A DNA stretch of 64,000 nt, taken from positions 1,152,001-1,216,000 of the forward strand of contig CAXXVZ010000005.1 of NCBI GenBank assembly GCA_963678065.2, in the 5' to 3' direction. Positions 16,603-33,299 of the stretch are shown here, in pieces; position 1 is the stretch's first letter, and the number at the start of each line of letters is the position of its first letter. This DNA is from Treponemataceae bacterium (GTDB lineage Bacteria > Spirochaetota > Spirochaetia > Treponematales > Rectinemataceae). Made by a program: the position numbers and the translations under genes. Under the pieces are notes generated by a model. The model had not been told where the DNA came from. It saw only the letters and a program-made list of their open reading frames with translations, and searched no databases.

Positions 16603-18465
16603 TCATTTTGCGCGCACCGTGGCCTTGACCTTGGCTTTTCGTTTCTTGAGCATGTCGTTGATGACGATCTGCTGGCCTATGGTGATGACGTTGCTGATGA
16701 TCCAGTAGATGAGCAGGCCGGAAGGCACGTCGTAGAGTATGAAGAAGAACATGATCGGCATACCGTACATCATGAACTTCATCTGGCTCGCGTTCTGGCC
16801 CGTCGTCGGGGTCTGGGTAAACTTGCCGTAGAGGAGCTGACTCGCGACGTAAATGATGGGGAGGGCGCGGAGGTCGTTCCATCCGAGTATGGGCAGTCTG
16901 AAGGCGCCGAAGTTGACCACGCTTTCGGGCATGGAAAGATCATTGATCCACCCCGCGATGAAGCTCGCGCCGCGGAGATCGAAGTGGTTGTTGAAGAGGT
17001 TGTACATCGCGATGAAGAGGGGGAACTGGATGAGCATCGGCAGGCAGCCGGACATCGGGTTGTACTTCTCGCGCTTGTAGAACTCCGCCATCTCCTGGTT
17101 GAGTTTCTGGGGGTTGTTCTTGTACTTGGCCTGGAGTTCGGCCATCTGGGGCTGAAGCTCCTGCATTCGCGCGGAGCCGATCGAGCCCTGTCTGGTGAGC
17201 GGGAACATGAGGGCTTTCACGAGAATGGTCGTCAGTATGATGGCGATTCCGTAGTTCGGGATCAGCTTGTAGAAGACATTCAGGAAGAACTTGAGGATGG
17301 TTTCAAGCCAGCCAAGGATATTCGAGGTCTCCATGGCATCCTCGAGTCTGAGTCCGACGCGACCGAAGGCGTTGCGGTCCGCATAGTCGTATTTGGCGAG
17401 AGTGGACGACGATTTAGGTCCAAAATAGAAGTAATAGGCATCGGTCTGCGCGCTCGCCTTGATGGCAGGGCGGGAGATGGACAGCATATTGGTCTGCTTG
17501 ATTTCCGGATCGGTTCCCTGGAAAAAAGTCGTCCCGAAGGAAGGAAGCTCGGGAATTGTAATGAACGTAAAGTACTTTCCGGAAATCGCCGCCCACGAGG
17601 CCTGTTCCTTGGGGCTCGTGGCTACGCCGGGCTTGGCGGCCTCGAGTTTCTTCTTGCCGCCCGTCTCTATTATAAATTTACGGAAATCGGCGTTCTTGGA
17701 GAGATGATCGAAGCGCGGACCGATCTGGGGGCCTATGCTGACCGTGTAGGCGAACCCGTTCTGGTCCAGGGGGATGTACTCATTCCGGGAGTTCTCGAGC
17801 GTGACAGCCATGCCGAACATGTACTCGTTGTCGCGGAAGGAAAAGGCCTTCCGGTAGGTGAACGGCACTTTTTCAGCTGAGCCGGGTACCGAGGCGTAGA
17901 GGGTTCTGGAGAACTCGATCATCTTTTTTTCGGAGTCGAGCCAGGTGGCCTTCATGAGGTCGCGGGAAGGCGCTGTCCCATAGGGCCCGAACGCGACGGA
18001 TATTCCGTTTGAGCCCGTAGATCCCTTTACGATGAGGTCGACGAAATCGTTGTGGTCCTTGTGCTTTTTCAGCTTGAGAGAAACCAGTTCGCCTCCCGCA
18101 TTGCTCAGCACAGCCTCATAGAGATCCGTCGATACGGTAAATGTGGACTCGGCGAGCGGAACCGGTATCTCCGCGACGGCGGACACCCCGGATGAGGCGT
18201 TCTTTTTGCCATCCTTCGCGGGGGCGACCGGAGCGGCAGCGGCGGGCCCGGCGGAGACCGGGGAGATAGTCTGGGCCGCAACGCCGGGCTGTGTGGCAGT
18301 CGGGCTCGTGGGCGCTGTGGCGGAGGGAGAAACCGCAGAGGCCGGAGCGGGAGGAAAAAACGTGTTCTGGAGCATGAAACCGACCGTCACGATGACGACG
18401 GAAAGGACGACAGCGACGATTGTGCGCTTGTTGTCTTCTTTGGATCCTGAATCAAATATACTCAT
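16603..18465 (-). CDS. yidC: Membrane protein insertase YidC
   Basis: [37 protein letters not shown]. Confidence 0.95.
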   Translation of the reverse strand: MSIFDSGSKEDNKRTIVAVVLSVVIVTVGFMLQNTFFPPAPASAVSPSATAPTSPTATQPGVAAQTISPVSAGPAAAAPVAPAKDGKKNASSGVSAVAEIPVPLAESTFTVSTDLYEAVLSNAGGELVSLKLKKHKDHNDFVDLIVKGSTGSNGISVAFGPYGTAPSRDLMKATWLDSEKKMIEFSRTLYASVPGSAEKVPFTYRKAFSFRDNEYMFGMAVTLENSRNEYIPLDQNGFAYTVSIGPQIGPRFDHLSKNADFRKFIIETGGKKKLEAAKPGVATSPKEQASWAAISGKYFTFITIPELPSFGTTFFQGTDPEIKQTNMLSISRPAIKASAQTDAYYFYFGPKSSSTLAKYDYADRNAFGRVGLRLEDAMETSNILGWLETILKFFLNVFYKLIPNYGIAIILTTILVKALMFPLTRQGSIGSARMQELQPQMAELQAKYKNNPQKLNQEMAEFYKREKYNPMSGCLPMLIQFPLFIAMYNLFNNHFDLRGASFIAGWINDLSMPESVVNFGAFRLPILGWNDLRALPIIYVASQLLYGKFTQTPTTGQNASQMKFMMYGMPIMFFFILYDVPSGLLIYWIISNVITIGQQIVINDMLKKRKAKVKATVRAK

Positions 18466-18683
18466 GGTACTGGGTCAAAGCCTCCCGGACTGTATGGATG
18501 ACATCGTAGTATGCGCCTTACGGAAAGCCAGCCCCCCTTCAAGGGACCATATTTGGAGATGGCCTCGTAAGCATATGCGGAACATGTGGGATGGAAACGG
18601 CAGGATGGCGGAAAGAAGGGAGATATACAGAGTCTGTATATCTTTATGAGGAAGAGAAATGGCAGAGAAAGCAGCCGCTTCAT
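18462..18683 (-). CDS. yidD: Membrane protein insertion efficiency factor YidD
   Basis: [12 protein letters not shown]...[15 protein letters not shown]. Confidence 0.95.
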   Translation of the reverse strand: MKRLLSLPFLFLIKIYRLCISPFFPPSCRFHPTCSAYAYEAISKYGPLKGGWLSVRRILRCHPYSPGGFDPVP

Positions 18684-19039
18684 GCTGGTTTTTCGAGAAG
18701 CCCGGCCTGACGGAGAAGACGACGAAGCTGAGCGTTCCGTTCCTCGAAGGTGTCGGTGCCCGGATACAGGACAACTGCGACATCGAAGCCGGATTTCAGA
18801 TTTGTCTTGCCAAGACGCCAGGCTTCCCGCACAAGGCGGCGGGCCAGGTTCCGCGAGACGGCTGAGGGGAAGGACCGTACGGGAACGAATACAGCCCGGC
18901 TTACCTCCAGGGCATTCGGCATCACATGCAGCCGCATGCCCTTGCAGGAATACCGGGCTCCCGCTCCGAAAACACGATCTATCTCCGTCCGCTTGCGGAC
19001 TCGCTCGGCTTTGGAAAATCCCGCATTTGGGATATTCAT
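18680..19039 (-). CDS. rnpA: Ribonuclease P protein component
   Basis: [21 protein letters not shown] (RNR-like motif); between rpmH and yidD. Confidence 0.88.
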   Translation of the reverse strand: MNIPNAGFSKAERVRKRTEIDRVFGAGARYSCKGMRLHVMPNALEVSRAVFVPVRSFPSAVSRNLARRLVREAWRLGKTNLKSGFDVAVVLYPGTDTFEERNAQLRRLLRQAGLLEKPA

Positions 19040-19062
19040 CTCTCCCCGGACGGGGGCTTTCC

Positions 19063-19218
19063 TCAGTACGGCTTCTTCTCGTCGGAGGTGGTCAGCTTGA
19101 GCCGACCCTTGGCGCGGCGCCTCTTGAGGACAAGCCGGCCGCCCTTGGTCTTCATTCGGGCGCGGAAACCGAACTTGCGCGTCCTTTTTGTCTTGCTGGG
19201 CTGGTAGGTGCGCTTCAT
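19063..19218 (-). CDS. rpmH: 50S ribosomal protein L34
   Basis: MKRTYQPS...[34 protein letters not shown]. Confidence 0.97.
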   Translation of the reverse strand: MKRTYQPSKTKRTRKFGFRARMKTKGGRLVLKRRRAKGRLKLTTSDEKKPY

Positions 19219-19286
19219 GGCAATGGACTCCTTGATATGGCTAACGGCGCACACAAGCGCCGAAGGTTTCGATACGTAGGCGGGGG

Positions 19287-19315
19287 ATTATAAATTTTCG
19301 GAGCCTCTTCGTCAA
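19287..19315 (-). promoter_or_regulatory. sigma70 promoter of the rpmH operon
   Basis: Minus strand TTGACG-17 bp-TATAAT. Confidence 0.75.
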
Positions 19316-19338
19316 TGCGTTGGAAAGTCGGGCCAGAT

Positions 19339-19878
19339 TCAGCCGCCTGATCCGGAATCGACAAGCTTTTTCAGTCCGGAAAACATGGATTTGACTTCTG
19401 GATCGACAGAGGGTTCGGCAAAAAGATTCTGTCCGTCTCCTCCGGAATCATCTTTGCTCCCATCGTCCGCCGCTTGGACGTTTATTCTTTGAACACTCTC
19501 CCCGCCTCCGGTCTTCGAAGGTGAACCCGTGACATCTTCGTGGACACTGTCCGCGGTCTTGAAGGCAGCCTGTTTTCCGTCCCTGGCGAGGCGGAAGACG
19601 ATAGACCTGAGCTTCAACTCGGGGTAAGAGCGCTTGACAGCCTCAAGGATGCCGGCCTGCCTGAACTGCAGCAGCTGAATCCAGCCCGGGTGTTCGACTT
19701 CGACGTAGAGAATACCCTTTACGACGTCGTCGGGTCGGGAGTGAGCTGCATAGCGCTCGCCGGCTATGTTCCGCCACGATGCGTAGAGTTCGGCGAACCG
19801 TCCCCCTTCGGCAAACCTCTCCTTGTCAAAAAAGGCGGAGAGAAGAGTCGATGCGTCCTTATACGGAGAGCTGGCCAT
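19339..19878 (-). CDS. DUF721/DciA-family protein
   Basis: WRNIAG..YAAHS...GILYVEVEHPGWIQLL; overlaps the recF end. Confidence 0.8.
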   Translation of the reverse strand: MASSPYKDASTLLSAFFDKERFAEGGRFAELYASWRNIAGERYAAHSRPDDVVKGILYVEVEHPGWIQLLQFRQAGILEAVKRSYPELKLRSIVFRLARDGKQAAFKTADSVHEDVTGSPSKTGGGESVQRINVQAADDGSKDDSGGDGQNLFAEPSVDPEVKSMFSGLKKLVDSGSGG

Positions 19879-20938
19879 GTTCCACCTTGTACACGAGAGT
19901 ATCGGATCCGCCGTAGTCGCGCCAGGGCTCGCCCGGCAGGAAGGTGAAGAAGGCCTGGGCAGAGGGTGGCAGAAGGGCGAAAAAGCGCCGTCGCTTGGCC
20001 GGATCGAGCTCGAGCATGACGTCGTCCAGAAGAAGGATGGGAAGTCTGCCGGTCATGCGGGTGTAATACTCGGCCTGGACTATGCGCAGGGTCAGGGACA
20101 GAAGACGCAGCTGTCCCGTCGAGGCTGTCGAGGCGTAGTCACTCTCCCGATCGCGGAAGGACCATCTGTCCCGGTGAGGGCCTGATAGACTCGTCTTCAT
20201 GGCAAGCTCCTCGCGCCGCTTTCCCGCAAGCCTCTCAACGATCGCCTCGACGTCCATATCCTCAGACCAACTGGGACGGTATTGCAGCCCCACGGGCGAA
20301 CCGCGCAGGGAAACCGACTCGTATCGCGAGGAAAAACCCTCTGACAGGTCGAGCGCAAGGCGCTGCCGGGATTCCCGGAGAAGTATCCCTCGGGCCGCAA
20401 GCTGAAAATCCAGAGCATCCAGGATGTCTGCCCTGCCCTCCTTGAGCGCCGAATTTCTCTGTTTCAGTATGCGTTTGTAGTCGCGAAGAGTGTCAATGTA
20501 GTCGGCAGAAACCAGTCCGGCTGTCTGATCGAAGAAAAATCTTCGTCTTTCCGGTTCTCCCGCGGCAAAGGAAAAATCCTCGTGGCAGAACACGACGGAG
20601 GGGCTGCGCTCGACGAGAGCCTTCCTGTCCCTTACCGGTTTTCCGTTTACCCTTATTTCCTTCGTTTTTCCGTTCCAGACTACACGGGTTTCATCAGAAA
20701 ACGCGTCTCCGCCGCCGGACATCGAAGACAGGGCAAAGCCTTCTTCCCCTGAGCGCGCTGCCTCCGAATCCGATGTTCCGCGGAACGAAGAGCCATAGGA
20801 GAGGTAATAAAGGGCTTCGAGAAAATTGGTTTTCCCCTGGCCGTTCTCTCCTATCAAAAAAACACGCCCGCACTCCGTTCTGATCTCGCCGTCGGCGAGA
20901 TTCCTGAAGGAATGCAGGCGCACTGATGCAAAGGACAT
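19859..20938 (-). CDS. recF: DNA replication and repair protein RecF
   Basis: FRNL; GENGQGKTNFLEA; GPHRD; ASTGQ; LLLDDVMLELD. Confidence 0.95.
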   Translation of the reverse strand: MSFASVRLHSFRNLADGEIRTECGRVFLIGENGQGKTNFLEALYYLSYGSSFRGTSDSEAARSGEEGFALSSMSGGGDAFSDETRVVWNGKTKEIRVNGKPVRDRKALVERSPSVVFCHEDFSFAAGEPERRRFFFDQTAGLVSADYIDTLRDYKRILKQRNSALKEGRADILDALDFQLAARGILLRESRQRLALDLSEGFSSRYESVSLRGSPVGLQYRPSWSEDMDVEAIVERLAGKRREELAMKTSLSGPHRDRWSFRDRESDYASTASTGQLRLLSLTLRIVQAEYYTRMTGRLPILLLDDVMLELDPAKRRRFFALLPPSAQAFFTFLPGEPWRDYGGSDTLVYKVEHGQLSV

Positions 20939-20947
20939 TTCCAGGTT

Positions 20948-22051
20948 CTAGTCCAGCTGCATCGGCATGACGATGTGGAAGTAATCGGCAGGCGGTTCGG
21001 GACTCAGCGTGATGGCGCGGGTCGGCTCGGTGAACTCGATGGCAATGTCCTCCGAACGCATGACTTTCAGCGGATCTTCGAGATATTTGTAGTTCAGGGC
21101 GATGGTTACGTCTTCCCCATCGTAACGGCATGGAACTTCCTCGCGGGCGGTACCTATCTCGCTCTCCTCAGTGGAAAGGACGAGGGTTCCGCCAGACAGA
21201 CTGAAGAAGGTCCTGCGGGACTTCTGCTCGACAAGGATAGACACGCGTTTCAGAGCTTCGACGAGCTCGTTCCGCCTGATGACGACCTTGATCTTCTGCT
21301 GCGCGGGAATGACCTTCTGGTAGTTGGGAAACTGTCCCTCGATGAGAACCGAGGATATCTTGTACGTTCCGAACTTGAAGAAGATGCTCTTGTCCGTGAC
21401 GGCTATCTCGATAATGCCTTCGTCGGAAGCTCTTTTGTTGACGAGAGAAAGAACCTTGGGAGGTATGATTATCCCCTTGAAATCAGGGATGAGGGCGTCG
21501 ATCATCTTTTTTGCGAAACCGAGGCGCCGTCCATCCGTAGCCACCATGACAAGGCCGCCCGCCACCTTTTCCATGAACACACCGTTCATGAAATAGCGCG
21601 TCTCATCGTCGGACACGGCAAACCAGGTCTGGGAAATCATTTCCTTGAAATCTTTTACTGGGATGCTGAAAAAGGCGTTTTCGGGAGCTTCGGGCAGTTC
21701 CGGGAACTTCTCGCTCGATATCGTCTTGAGCTGGAAGCGTATCTTCCTGGATGAGGGTCTCACGGTGACTTTGGATTCGTCGTGTTCGATGGAGATGTCG
21801 CCTTCGGGGATCGAGGAAAGAATTCCGGAGAGCTTGTCGCAGAATACCGTGGCGGAACCTGGCTCGACGGTATCCACGGGAATATGAGTTTCAAAGCTGA
21901 CCTTTATATCTGTCGCCTTTATGCACAGCGATGAGCCGGTAGCCTCTAGATAGACATTGGACATTATGGAAAGGGCATTCCTCGAGGCTATGATTTCCTG
22001 CGCGAAGGAAATCTCACGTGCAAAGGAATTTTTGTCACAGGTGAATTTCAT
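20948..22051 (-). CDS. dnaN: DNA polymerase III beta clamp
   Basis: DETRYFMNGV; VATDGRRL; LIEGQFPNYQKVIP; C-terminal VMPM. Confidence 0.96.
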   Translation of the reverse strand: MKFTCDKNSFAREISFAQEIIASRNALSIMSNVYLEATGSSLCIKATDIKVSFETHIPVDTVEPGSATVFCDKLSGILSSIPEGDISIEHDESKVTVRPSSRKIRFQLKTISSEKFPELPEAPENAFFSIPVKDFKEMISQTWFAVSDDETRYFMNGVFMEKVAGGLVMVATDGRRLGFAKKMIDALIPDFKGIIIPPKVLSLVNKRASDEGIIEIAVTDKSIFFKFGTYKISSVLIEGQFPNYQKVIPAQQKIKVVIRRNELVEALKRVSILVEQKSRRTFFSLSGGTLVLSTEESEIGTAREEVPCRYDGEDVTIALNYKYLEDPLKVMRSEDIAIEFTEPTRAITLSPEPPADYFHIVMPMQLD

Positions 22052-22099
22052 CACGACCTCCCGACAGGTGATATTCTAGCAGAAAACAGACTCTCTTGA

Positions 22100-22297
22100 T
22101 ACTCATTTATTTGTAATATAAGACAGTAATAATAGGAATAAGGGCTGTTCATATGTTGATAACCCACATAAATAGCTGCTTTAGAATGAATTACCCCTTG
22201 TGGAAAACTTGTGTCAGCCTGTGCGAGCTTATGCACATGCGACACTGTTCTGGATCGATGAAGATGATATGCACAGAATGAATCCTCTATGTCCACA
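22100..22297 (-). promoter_or_regulatory. oriC, unwinding part: DnaA boxes, GC cluster, DnaA-trios, AT-rich tract
   Basis: Minus strand TTATCAACA-TATGAACA-GCCC-T-TAT TCC TAT TAT TAC (22162-22126); further box-like TGTGGAAAA 22199-22207, TTATGCACA 22229-22237, ATGTCCACA 22289-22297. Confidence 0.8.
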
Positions 22298-22299
22298 GG

Positions 22300-23850
22300 C
22301 TATTTGTAACTCAGATCCTTGATGGAGCGAATAAGGGATTGGATCGATGAATCCATGTTCGGGTCGAGCTTGAGGCGCTCCTCTATTTTCTGGCAGCCAT
22401 GCATGACGGTCGTGTGGTCGCGCCCGCCGAATTCGAGCCCTATCTCGGTGGTGGAGTACTCGGTCATCTCCCGCGTGATGTACATGGCGAGCTGTCGGGG
22501 GAGGACAATATTTTTCGTGCGTTTTTTTCCTTTGATGTCGGCGTAGGAGAGTTTGAAGTAATCGGCGACCACACGGATGATGGAGTCGATCGTGACATTT
22601 CCCTGCTTTGACTGGGAGAATACATCCTTGAGCTGGTTCTGAGCTATTTCGAGGGTGATGTTTTTGTGGACGAGGTCGGCGTAGGCGACGAGTTTGGTCA
22701 ATGCCGCTTCAAGGTCGCGGACATTGGTGGATATGTTTTTAGCTATGACCTCGATGACCTCATCGGGGACAGTGGTCGAGAAAGAGGCGACTTTTTTCTT
22801 GAGGATGGCGCAGCGGGTTTCGAAGTCCGGCGGCTGGAGGTCGACGTTGAGTCCTCGCTCGAAGCGGGAGCGCAAGCGATCCGAGAGGTTTTTTAACTCC
22901 GATACCGGACGGTCGCAGGTGAAGACCATCTGCTTGTTGCCATCGTACAAGGCGTTGAATGTGTGGAAGAGCTCTTCCTGGACTCCTGGCTTGTTCTGGA
23001 GAAAGTGAATGTCATCGACGAGGAGGACGTCGACATAACGGTACTTGTTCTTGAAGGAGTGCGTCGACTTGTCGTGGATGGTCTGGATGAATTCGTTGGT
23101 GAACTCTTCGGCCGTGATACAGATGATCCTGGCCTTGGAATTGCTCGACCAGACACGGTTGCCGATCGACTGCATGAGATGCGTTTTTCCGAGCCCTACC
23201 CCTCCGTAGATGAGAAATGGATTGTAGGAAGTTCCGGGGTTGGCTGCGATGGCCAGGGCTGCGTTGGCAGCGAAGCTGTTGTTGTCGCCGACGACGAAGT
23301 TTTCGAAAACGTAATCCTGCCTGAGCTGGTGGTGGCGGTCGCGCTGTGGGGCCGCCGGGACCGAATTCCGGGAAGGAGCGTATTTTCCACTCGGTTCCTG
23401 CGGATTCGACTCCCTCTCCTCTCTTGCCTGACTGCTCTCGGAAAGGCGGCGAAGGATCTGGATGGGATCGGGCTCGCGTCCTGCTGCCGGAGCGGGTCCG
23501 GGAGCAGGGTTTTCCGCTCCGGGCTGGGCTTCCCCGGCAGATAACCGTTCTGCGGGGGCCGCAGCCGTGCTCGCTGTCCGGGTCTGGGAAGAAGAGGGGT
23601 TTTCAGGTTTGACAATTTCGTACTCGAGTTTTATTTCCTGTCCCGACAACTCGAAGAGCTTGTCCTCCATGAATAGCTGGTATTTTTTGGAGAACTGGTC
23701 GCGGTAAAACTTGGACGGAACCTTTATCGTAATGGAGGAATCCGTGGAACATGAGTACTTTATATTGAACCAGAGTCCGAATTCGTGTTCACCGAGTTCG
23801 GCCTGAGCCTGATTCATCGCTTCGTCCCAAAAAAGGCTGTAGTCCCACAT
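22300..23850 (-). CDS. dnaA: Chromosomal replication initiator DnaA
   Basis: YNPFLIYGGVGLGKTHL; LLVDDIHFL; QEELFHTFN; FGGRDHTTVMH; start set at MWDYS; long Pro/Ala-rich linker. Confidence 0.97.
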   Translation of the reverse strand: MWDYSLFWDEAMNQAQAELGEHEFGLWFNIKYSCSTDSSITIKVPSKFYRDQFSKKYQLFMEDKLFELSGQEIKLEYEIVKPENPSSSQTRTASTAAAPAERLSAGEAQPGAENPAPGPAPAAGREPDPIQILRRLSESSQAREERESNPQEPSGKYAPSRNSVPAAPQRDRHHQLRQDYVFENFVVGDNNSFAANAALAIAANPGTSYNPFLIYGGVGLGKTHLMQSIGNRVWSSNSKARIICITAEEFTNEFIQTIHDKSTHSFKNKYRYVDVLLVDDIHFLQNKPGVQEELFHTFNALYDGNKQMVFTCDRPVSELKNLSDRLRSRFERGLNVDLQPPDFETRCAILKKKVASFSTTVPDEVIEVIAKNISTNVRDLEAALTKLVAYADLVHKNITLEIAQNQLKDVFSQSKQGNVTIDSIIRVVADYFKLSYADIKGKKRTKNIVLPRQLAMYITREMTEYSTTEIGLEFGGRDHTTVMHGCQKIEERLKLDPNMDSSIQSLIRSIKDLSYK

Positions 23851-23882
23851 ATTCAGGTAAATCTCCTTGCGATACAGGCAAT

Positions 23883-26160
<2,278 letters not shown>

Positions 26161-26173
26161 GGATTAAGCGACC

Positions 26174-28795
<2,622 letters not shown>

Positions 28796-28851
28796 GTCTA
28801 TTGACGATTTGCAGGCGAGTTCATGCCTTGAGCTCGCCGTGGGTCATTCGT

Positions 28852-28867
28852 TGTTTCACGTGAAACA
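28852..28867. promoter_or_regulatory. parS site
   Basis: Perfect palindrome TGTTTCACGTGAAACA. Confidence 0.9.
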
Positions 28868-28986
28868 AAAAGGGGCTGCCGGAGTTGGCAGTCCGTTTTA
28901 TTTAAATGCGAGCGACCTTGTTCGTTGCTTGGGACCCTTAGGGACCGATGGGTTGGCTTTAGCAGAAACGGATGTTTCAGAGTGGA

Positions 28987-29002
28987 TGTTTCACGTGAAA
29001 CA
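28987..29002. promoter_or_regulatory. parS site
   Basis: Perfect palindrome TGTTTCACGTGAAACA. Confidence 0.9.
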
Positions 29003-29133
29003 AATCTTTGTCACAGCCGGATGAACTGTGCCCTTCCCTCTCTGGGTATGTGTGTTCGAACCATCGTGTCCTGAGATCCGCATGAGACCTCACCCTCACC
29101 CTGCGGGCCGACGCAAAGTGTTGTTTATTGGAT

Positions 29134-30219
29134 TCAGTAGCTTCGATGGGTTGCGTACCCAGCCAATTCCGTGAGCAGAGAGTAAGACTCGGGGTTGAGG
29201 CTTGAATTGCCTGCGAGCGACTCGATGAGATGATCGGCCTCGCCGCAGAGAAGTTCTGTCCTCTTGTTCATTTCTTCTTTTATTCCCAAATCGATTATTC
29301 TCGAGCGCACGTACTCGATGTCCGTGGACGTGCAGAGCTGGTTGCCGAAGATCGCGGAGAGTGTCTGCCGCTCTGCAGGGTCCGATTTTTGCATGAGCTC
29401 AATGTAGTAGAGGGTTTTTTTCCCCTCGCGGATATCGGAGCCCACGGGCTTTCCTAACTCGCACTCGGTGGCAAACAGTCCGAGCTCGTCGTCCCGGATC
29501 TGGAATACTATGCCGATTCGCTCGCCTATTGCCTCGAGGATGCCGATTGACTCTGGGCGTGAGGCCAATATGGCTCCGGCGGCAAGGGGCATGGAAAAAG
29601 TGTAGCGCGCAGTCTTGTGACGATACATCCGTATAATATCTTCCGTGCTTGGAAACTGTGGTGTGAGCCCCCACTCGACGTCCTTCATCTGAGCGAGTCC
29701 GACCATGGCGAGCTCTCTGGAGCAGTAGGCTCCGAGAGAGGATGGGGCGCCGAATCGAGCGGATGAGGCTGTTGTCGCCCTGGAGAGGGCTTCGTGACCG
29801 AGGAAGAAGCAGATGTCGCCGGCGCAGACGCCGAGAGCTTCCCCTGCCCGCCCTGATTCCCGGGAACCGAGCGCCGCGCATTCTTCCATATACTGCATGT
29901 GGATAGTGGGCATGCCTCGTCGCGTCGTGTCTCGATCCATGATGTCGTCGTGGATGAGGAGGCCCGATTGAAACAGCTCCATCGCGCAGGCCGCATCAAC
30001 GATTTCCGGTGCCGCGCAGGAGGAAAAGAGGCTGTGTCCCAGGAAGACGAGTGCGCCGCGTATCATTTTGCCCGAGACGGAGAATTCCAGAATGCGCTCC
30101 ATGACGGAATGGGCAGAAGACGCGGCCGGTTCCAGGCTGGCTGTGTATTCGGCGGCGAGTCCGGCAAGGTGTTCGCCGATGTCTGAACGTTTTTGGGTCA
30201 GATAGGTCTTTATGTCCAT
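29134..30219 (-). CDS. Polyprenyl (GGPP-type) diphosphate synthase
   Basis: GKMIRG; LIHDDIMD..TRRG; KTARY; FQIRDDELG; GKPVGSDIREGKKT. Confidence 0.88.
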   Translation of the reverse strand: MDIKTYLTQKRSDIGEHLAGLAAEYTASLEPAASSAHSVMERILEFSVSGKMIRGALVFLGHSLFSSCAAPEIVDAACAMELFQSGLLIHDDIMDRDTTRRGMPTIHMQYMEECAALGSRESGRAGEALGVCAGDICFFLGHEALSRATTASSARFGAPSSLGAYCSRELAMVGLAQMKDVEWGLTPQFPSTEDIIRMYRHKTARYTFSMPLAAGAILASRPESIGILEAIGERIGIVFQIRDDELGLFATECELGKPVGSDIREGKKTLYYIELMQKSDPAERQTLSAIFGNQLCTSTDIEYVRSRIIDLGIKEEMNKRTELLCGEADHLIESLAGNSSLNPESYSLLTELAGYATHRSY

Positions 30220-30366
30220 GCGGGCAGGATATACCGTAATGAGGTGGCCGGCAAAGCCATTCTCCATCAAGCCGCCGTTTGCATCGTGAATTGGTGGAAT
30301 GTTCAAAATCTTCCAGTATATTAGCTTATCGGAGAGAATTTTTTGAGGTTACAAGGAGAAGGACAG

Positions 30367-30840
30367 ATGCAAAAAATCACACCATTCCTGTGGTTCGATG
30401 GCAATGCGGAGGAGGCGATGAATTTTTATACCTCCATTTTTAGGAACTCAAAGATCGGAAGCATCTCGCGCTACGGAGAAGGTGGCCCTGGACCGAAGGG
30501 AACGGTAATGTCCGCGACATTCCAGCTCGATGGTCAGGAATTCATGGCGCTGAATGGTGGTCCGGTATTCACCTTCTCGCCAGCCATATCGTTCTTTGTG
30601 AACTGTGAGACGCAGGAAGAAGTAGATGTGCTGTGGGAGAAACTCTCCGAGGGCGGAGAAAAACAAAGATGTGGCTGGCTCAAAGACAAATATGGTGTGT
30701 CCTGGCAGATCATACCCTCCGCTTTAGGCGAGCTGCTGAACGACAAGGATGCCGGGAAGTCGGAAAAAGTGATGACAGCCATGCTTCAGATGGACAAAAT
30801 CGACATTGAAAAATTGAAGCAGGCGGCATATGGGCATTAA
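30367..30840 (+). CDS. VOC/PhnB-like protein (3-demethylubiquinone-9 3-methyltransferase family)
   Basis: MQKITPFLWF..NAEEAMNFY; ALNGGP.F; CGWLKDKYGVSWQI; AAGGAG RBS. Confidence 0.9.
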   Translation: MQKITPFLWFDGNAEEAMNFYTSIFRNSKIGSISRYGEGGPGPKGTVMSATFQLDGQEFMALNGGPVFTFSPAISFFVNCETQEEVDVLWEKLSEGGEKQRCGWLKDKYGVSWQIIPSALGELLNDKDAGKSEKVMTAMLQMDKIDIEKLKQAAYGH

Positions 30841-30926
30841 TATAAAGTTATAGTTTTGATGTGGAAGCAGGCTTCCTGCCTCGCAGCACGCTGTGGGTTG
30901 TTGATCGGACCTCGAGGCGCAGAGAG

Positions 30927-32123
30927 TCAATGCTGGAGTTTCAGGCTGCGGTAGTCGAATCGTTTTCCTTCCCGGACTATGGCGGAAACGAAGGAAGCGA
31001 GCTTGGCGTTTCCGATGATGTCGCCGAAGTTGCCCGAGTCGATTGCCGCCACCAGTGTTTCGTCCACCCACTCGACAGGCAGGTTTTTGTGGCGCCGGTA
31101 TCGCGTCTTGATATCCGCGAGCCAGGCCTCGTAGAGCCGCATGGCTTTAGAAAGAGGCCTCGTATCGACAGGTGAAGGACGAGCGGAATAGAGCATGAGC
31201 ATGTCGGCGAAGAGAATGTGGATGCCGTCGCAGAGACTGGTCATGGGCGCCCAGGCAGAGTGGGGAAGAAGCCAGGGAAGAGCCTGATTCTCCAGCATGG
31301 CTGCCGCTTTCTCCTCGAGGGCGCGGGAAAACTCCCGGCGGGGAGCCCCTGATGGGCGGTTTTCCCGATACATCTCCTCATAGAGCGGGCAGAGATCGGG
31401 GTAGTGTTCCGCTATGGCGGAGAGATAGAGATCCTTCTGGCGACCCGGTCGCAGCGTGAGGCCACCCGGCATGAGGGCGTCGGCGCCCGCCTCGCGAGCG
31501 GCGGAGAAGAGACGGGCCATTGATTCCTCGAGGTCCGAGATGCCCGGCAGAAGGGGCATGGCGAGGATGACAACCTTGCAGCCGGCCTGGCTGAAGGCCT
31601 TGGCCATGGCCATGCGCTCGGAGGGCGGCGGTGCTCCCGGCTCGAAGCGGGCCGCGATTGCAGCGTCCATCGTCGTGATAGTCGTCATGAGGATGAAGCC
31701 AGAATTCTTGTTAATTTGTTTCCAGATATCGAGATCACGCAATGCAAGGGTGGATTTGGTGAGGACGGCCGCCGCGAGGATGGGGTTCTGGGCCACGAGT
31801 TCGGCCGAACGGCGCGTGATCCCGAGGGATTCTTCGCAGGGCTGGTAAGGGTCGGTGGTCCCCGAGCCGAAGGAGACGATGCCTTTCTCCCGCGCGCGGG
31901 GGACCTCGGTCTCGAGAAGGGACAGAAGGTTGGAACGGTAGAGGATATCGCGCGCGAAGTCGCCCTCTACAAAGTACTTTTCGGCGCGGCCGTCGCAGTA
32001 GAGACAGCCGTGGGAGCAGCCGCGGTATGGCGAGATCTTGTAGAGGGCCTTGGTGAAGGAATCCGGGGGCCCGCCCCGCTGGAGGGCGGTGCGGGCCCCT
32101 ATTGGCCTGGCCGCTGCGGGCAA
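30927..32123 (-). CDS. Radical SAM protein, SplB/Rv2578c-like
   Basis: PYRGCSHGCLYC; TDPYQPCE; LTKS; FEPGAPPP..R; directly downstream of metK. Confidence 0.8.
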   Translation of the reverse strand: MPAAARPIGARTALQRGGPPDSFTKALYKISPYRGCSHGCLYCDGRAEKYFVEGDFARDILYRSNLLSLLETEVPRAREKGIVSFGSGTTDPYQPCEESLGITRRSAELVAQNPILAAAVLTKSTLALRDLDIWKQINKNSGFILMTTITTMDAAIAARFEPGAPPPSERMAMAKAFSQAGCKVVILAMPLLPGISDLEESMARLFSAAREAGADALMPGGLTLRPGRQKDLYLSAIAEHYPDLCPLYEEMYRENRPSGAPRREFSRALEEKAAAMLENQALPWLLPHSAWAPMTSLCDGIHILFADMLMLYSARPSPVDTRPLSKAMRLYEAWLADIKTRYRRHKNLPVEWVDETLVAAIDSGNFGDIIGNAKLASFVSAIVREGKRFDYRSLKLQH

Positions 32124-32129
32124 CGTAGT

Positions 32130-33299
<1,170 letters not shown>

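Noticed and set aside
28809..29024. 71-aa ORF containing FHVKQ twice
   Set aside because: This is the translation of the two parS palindromes, not a protein.
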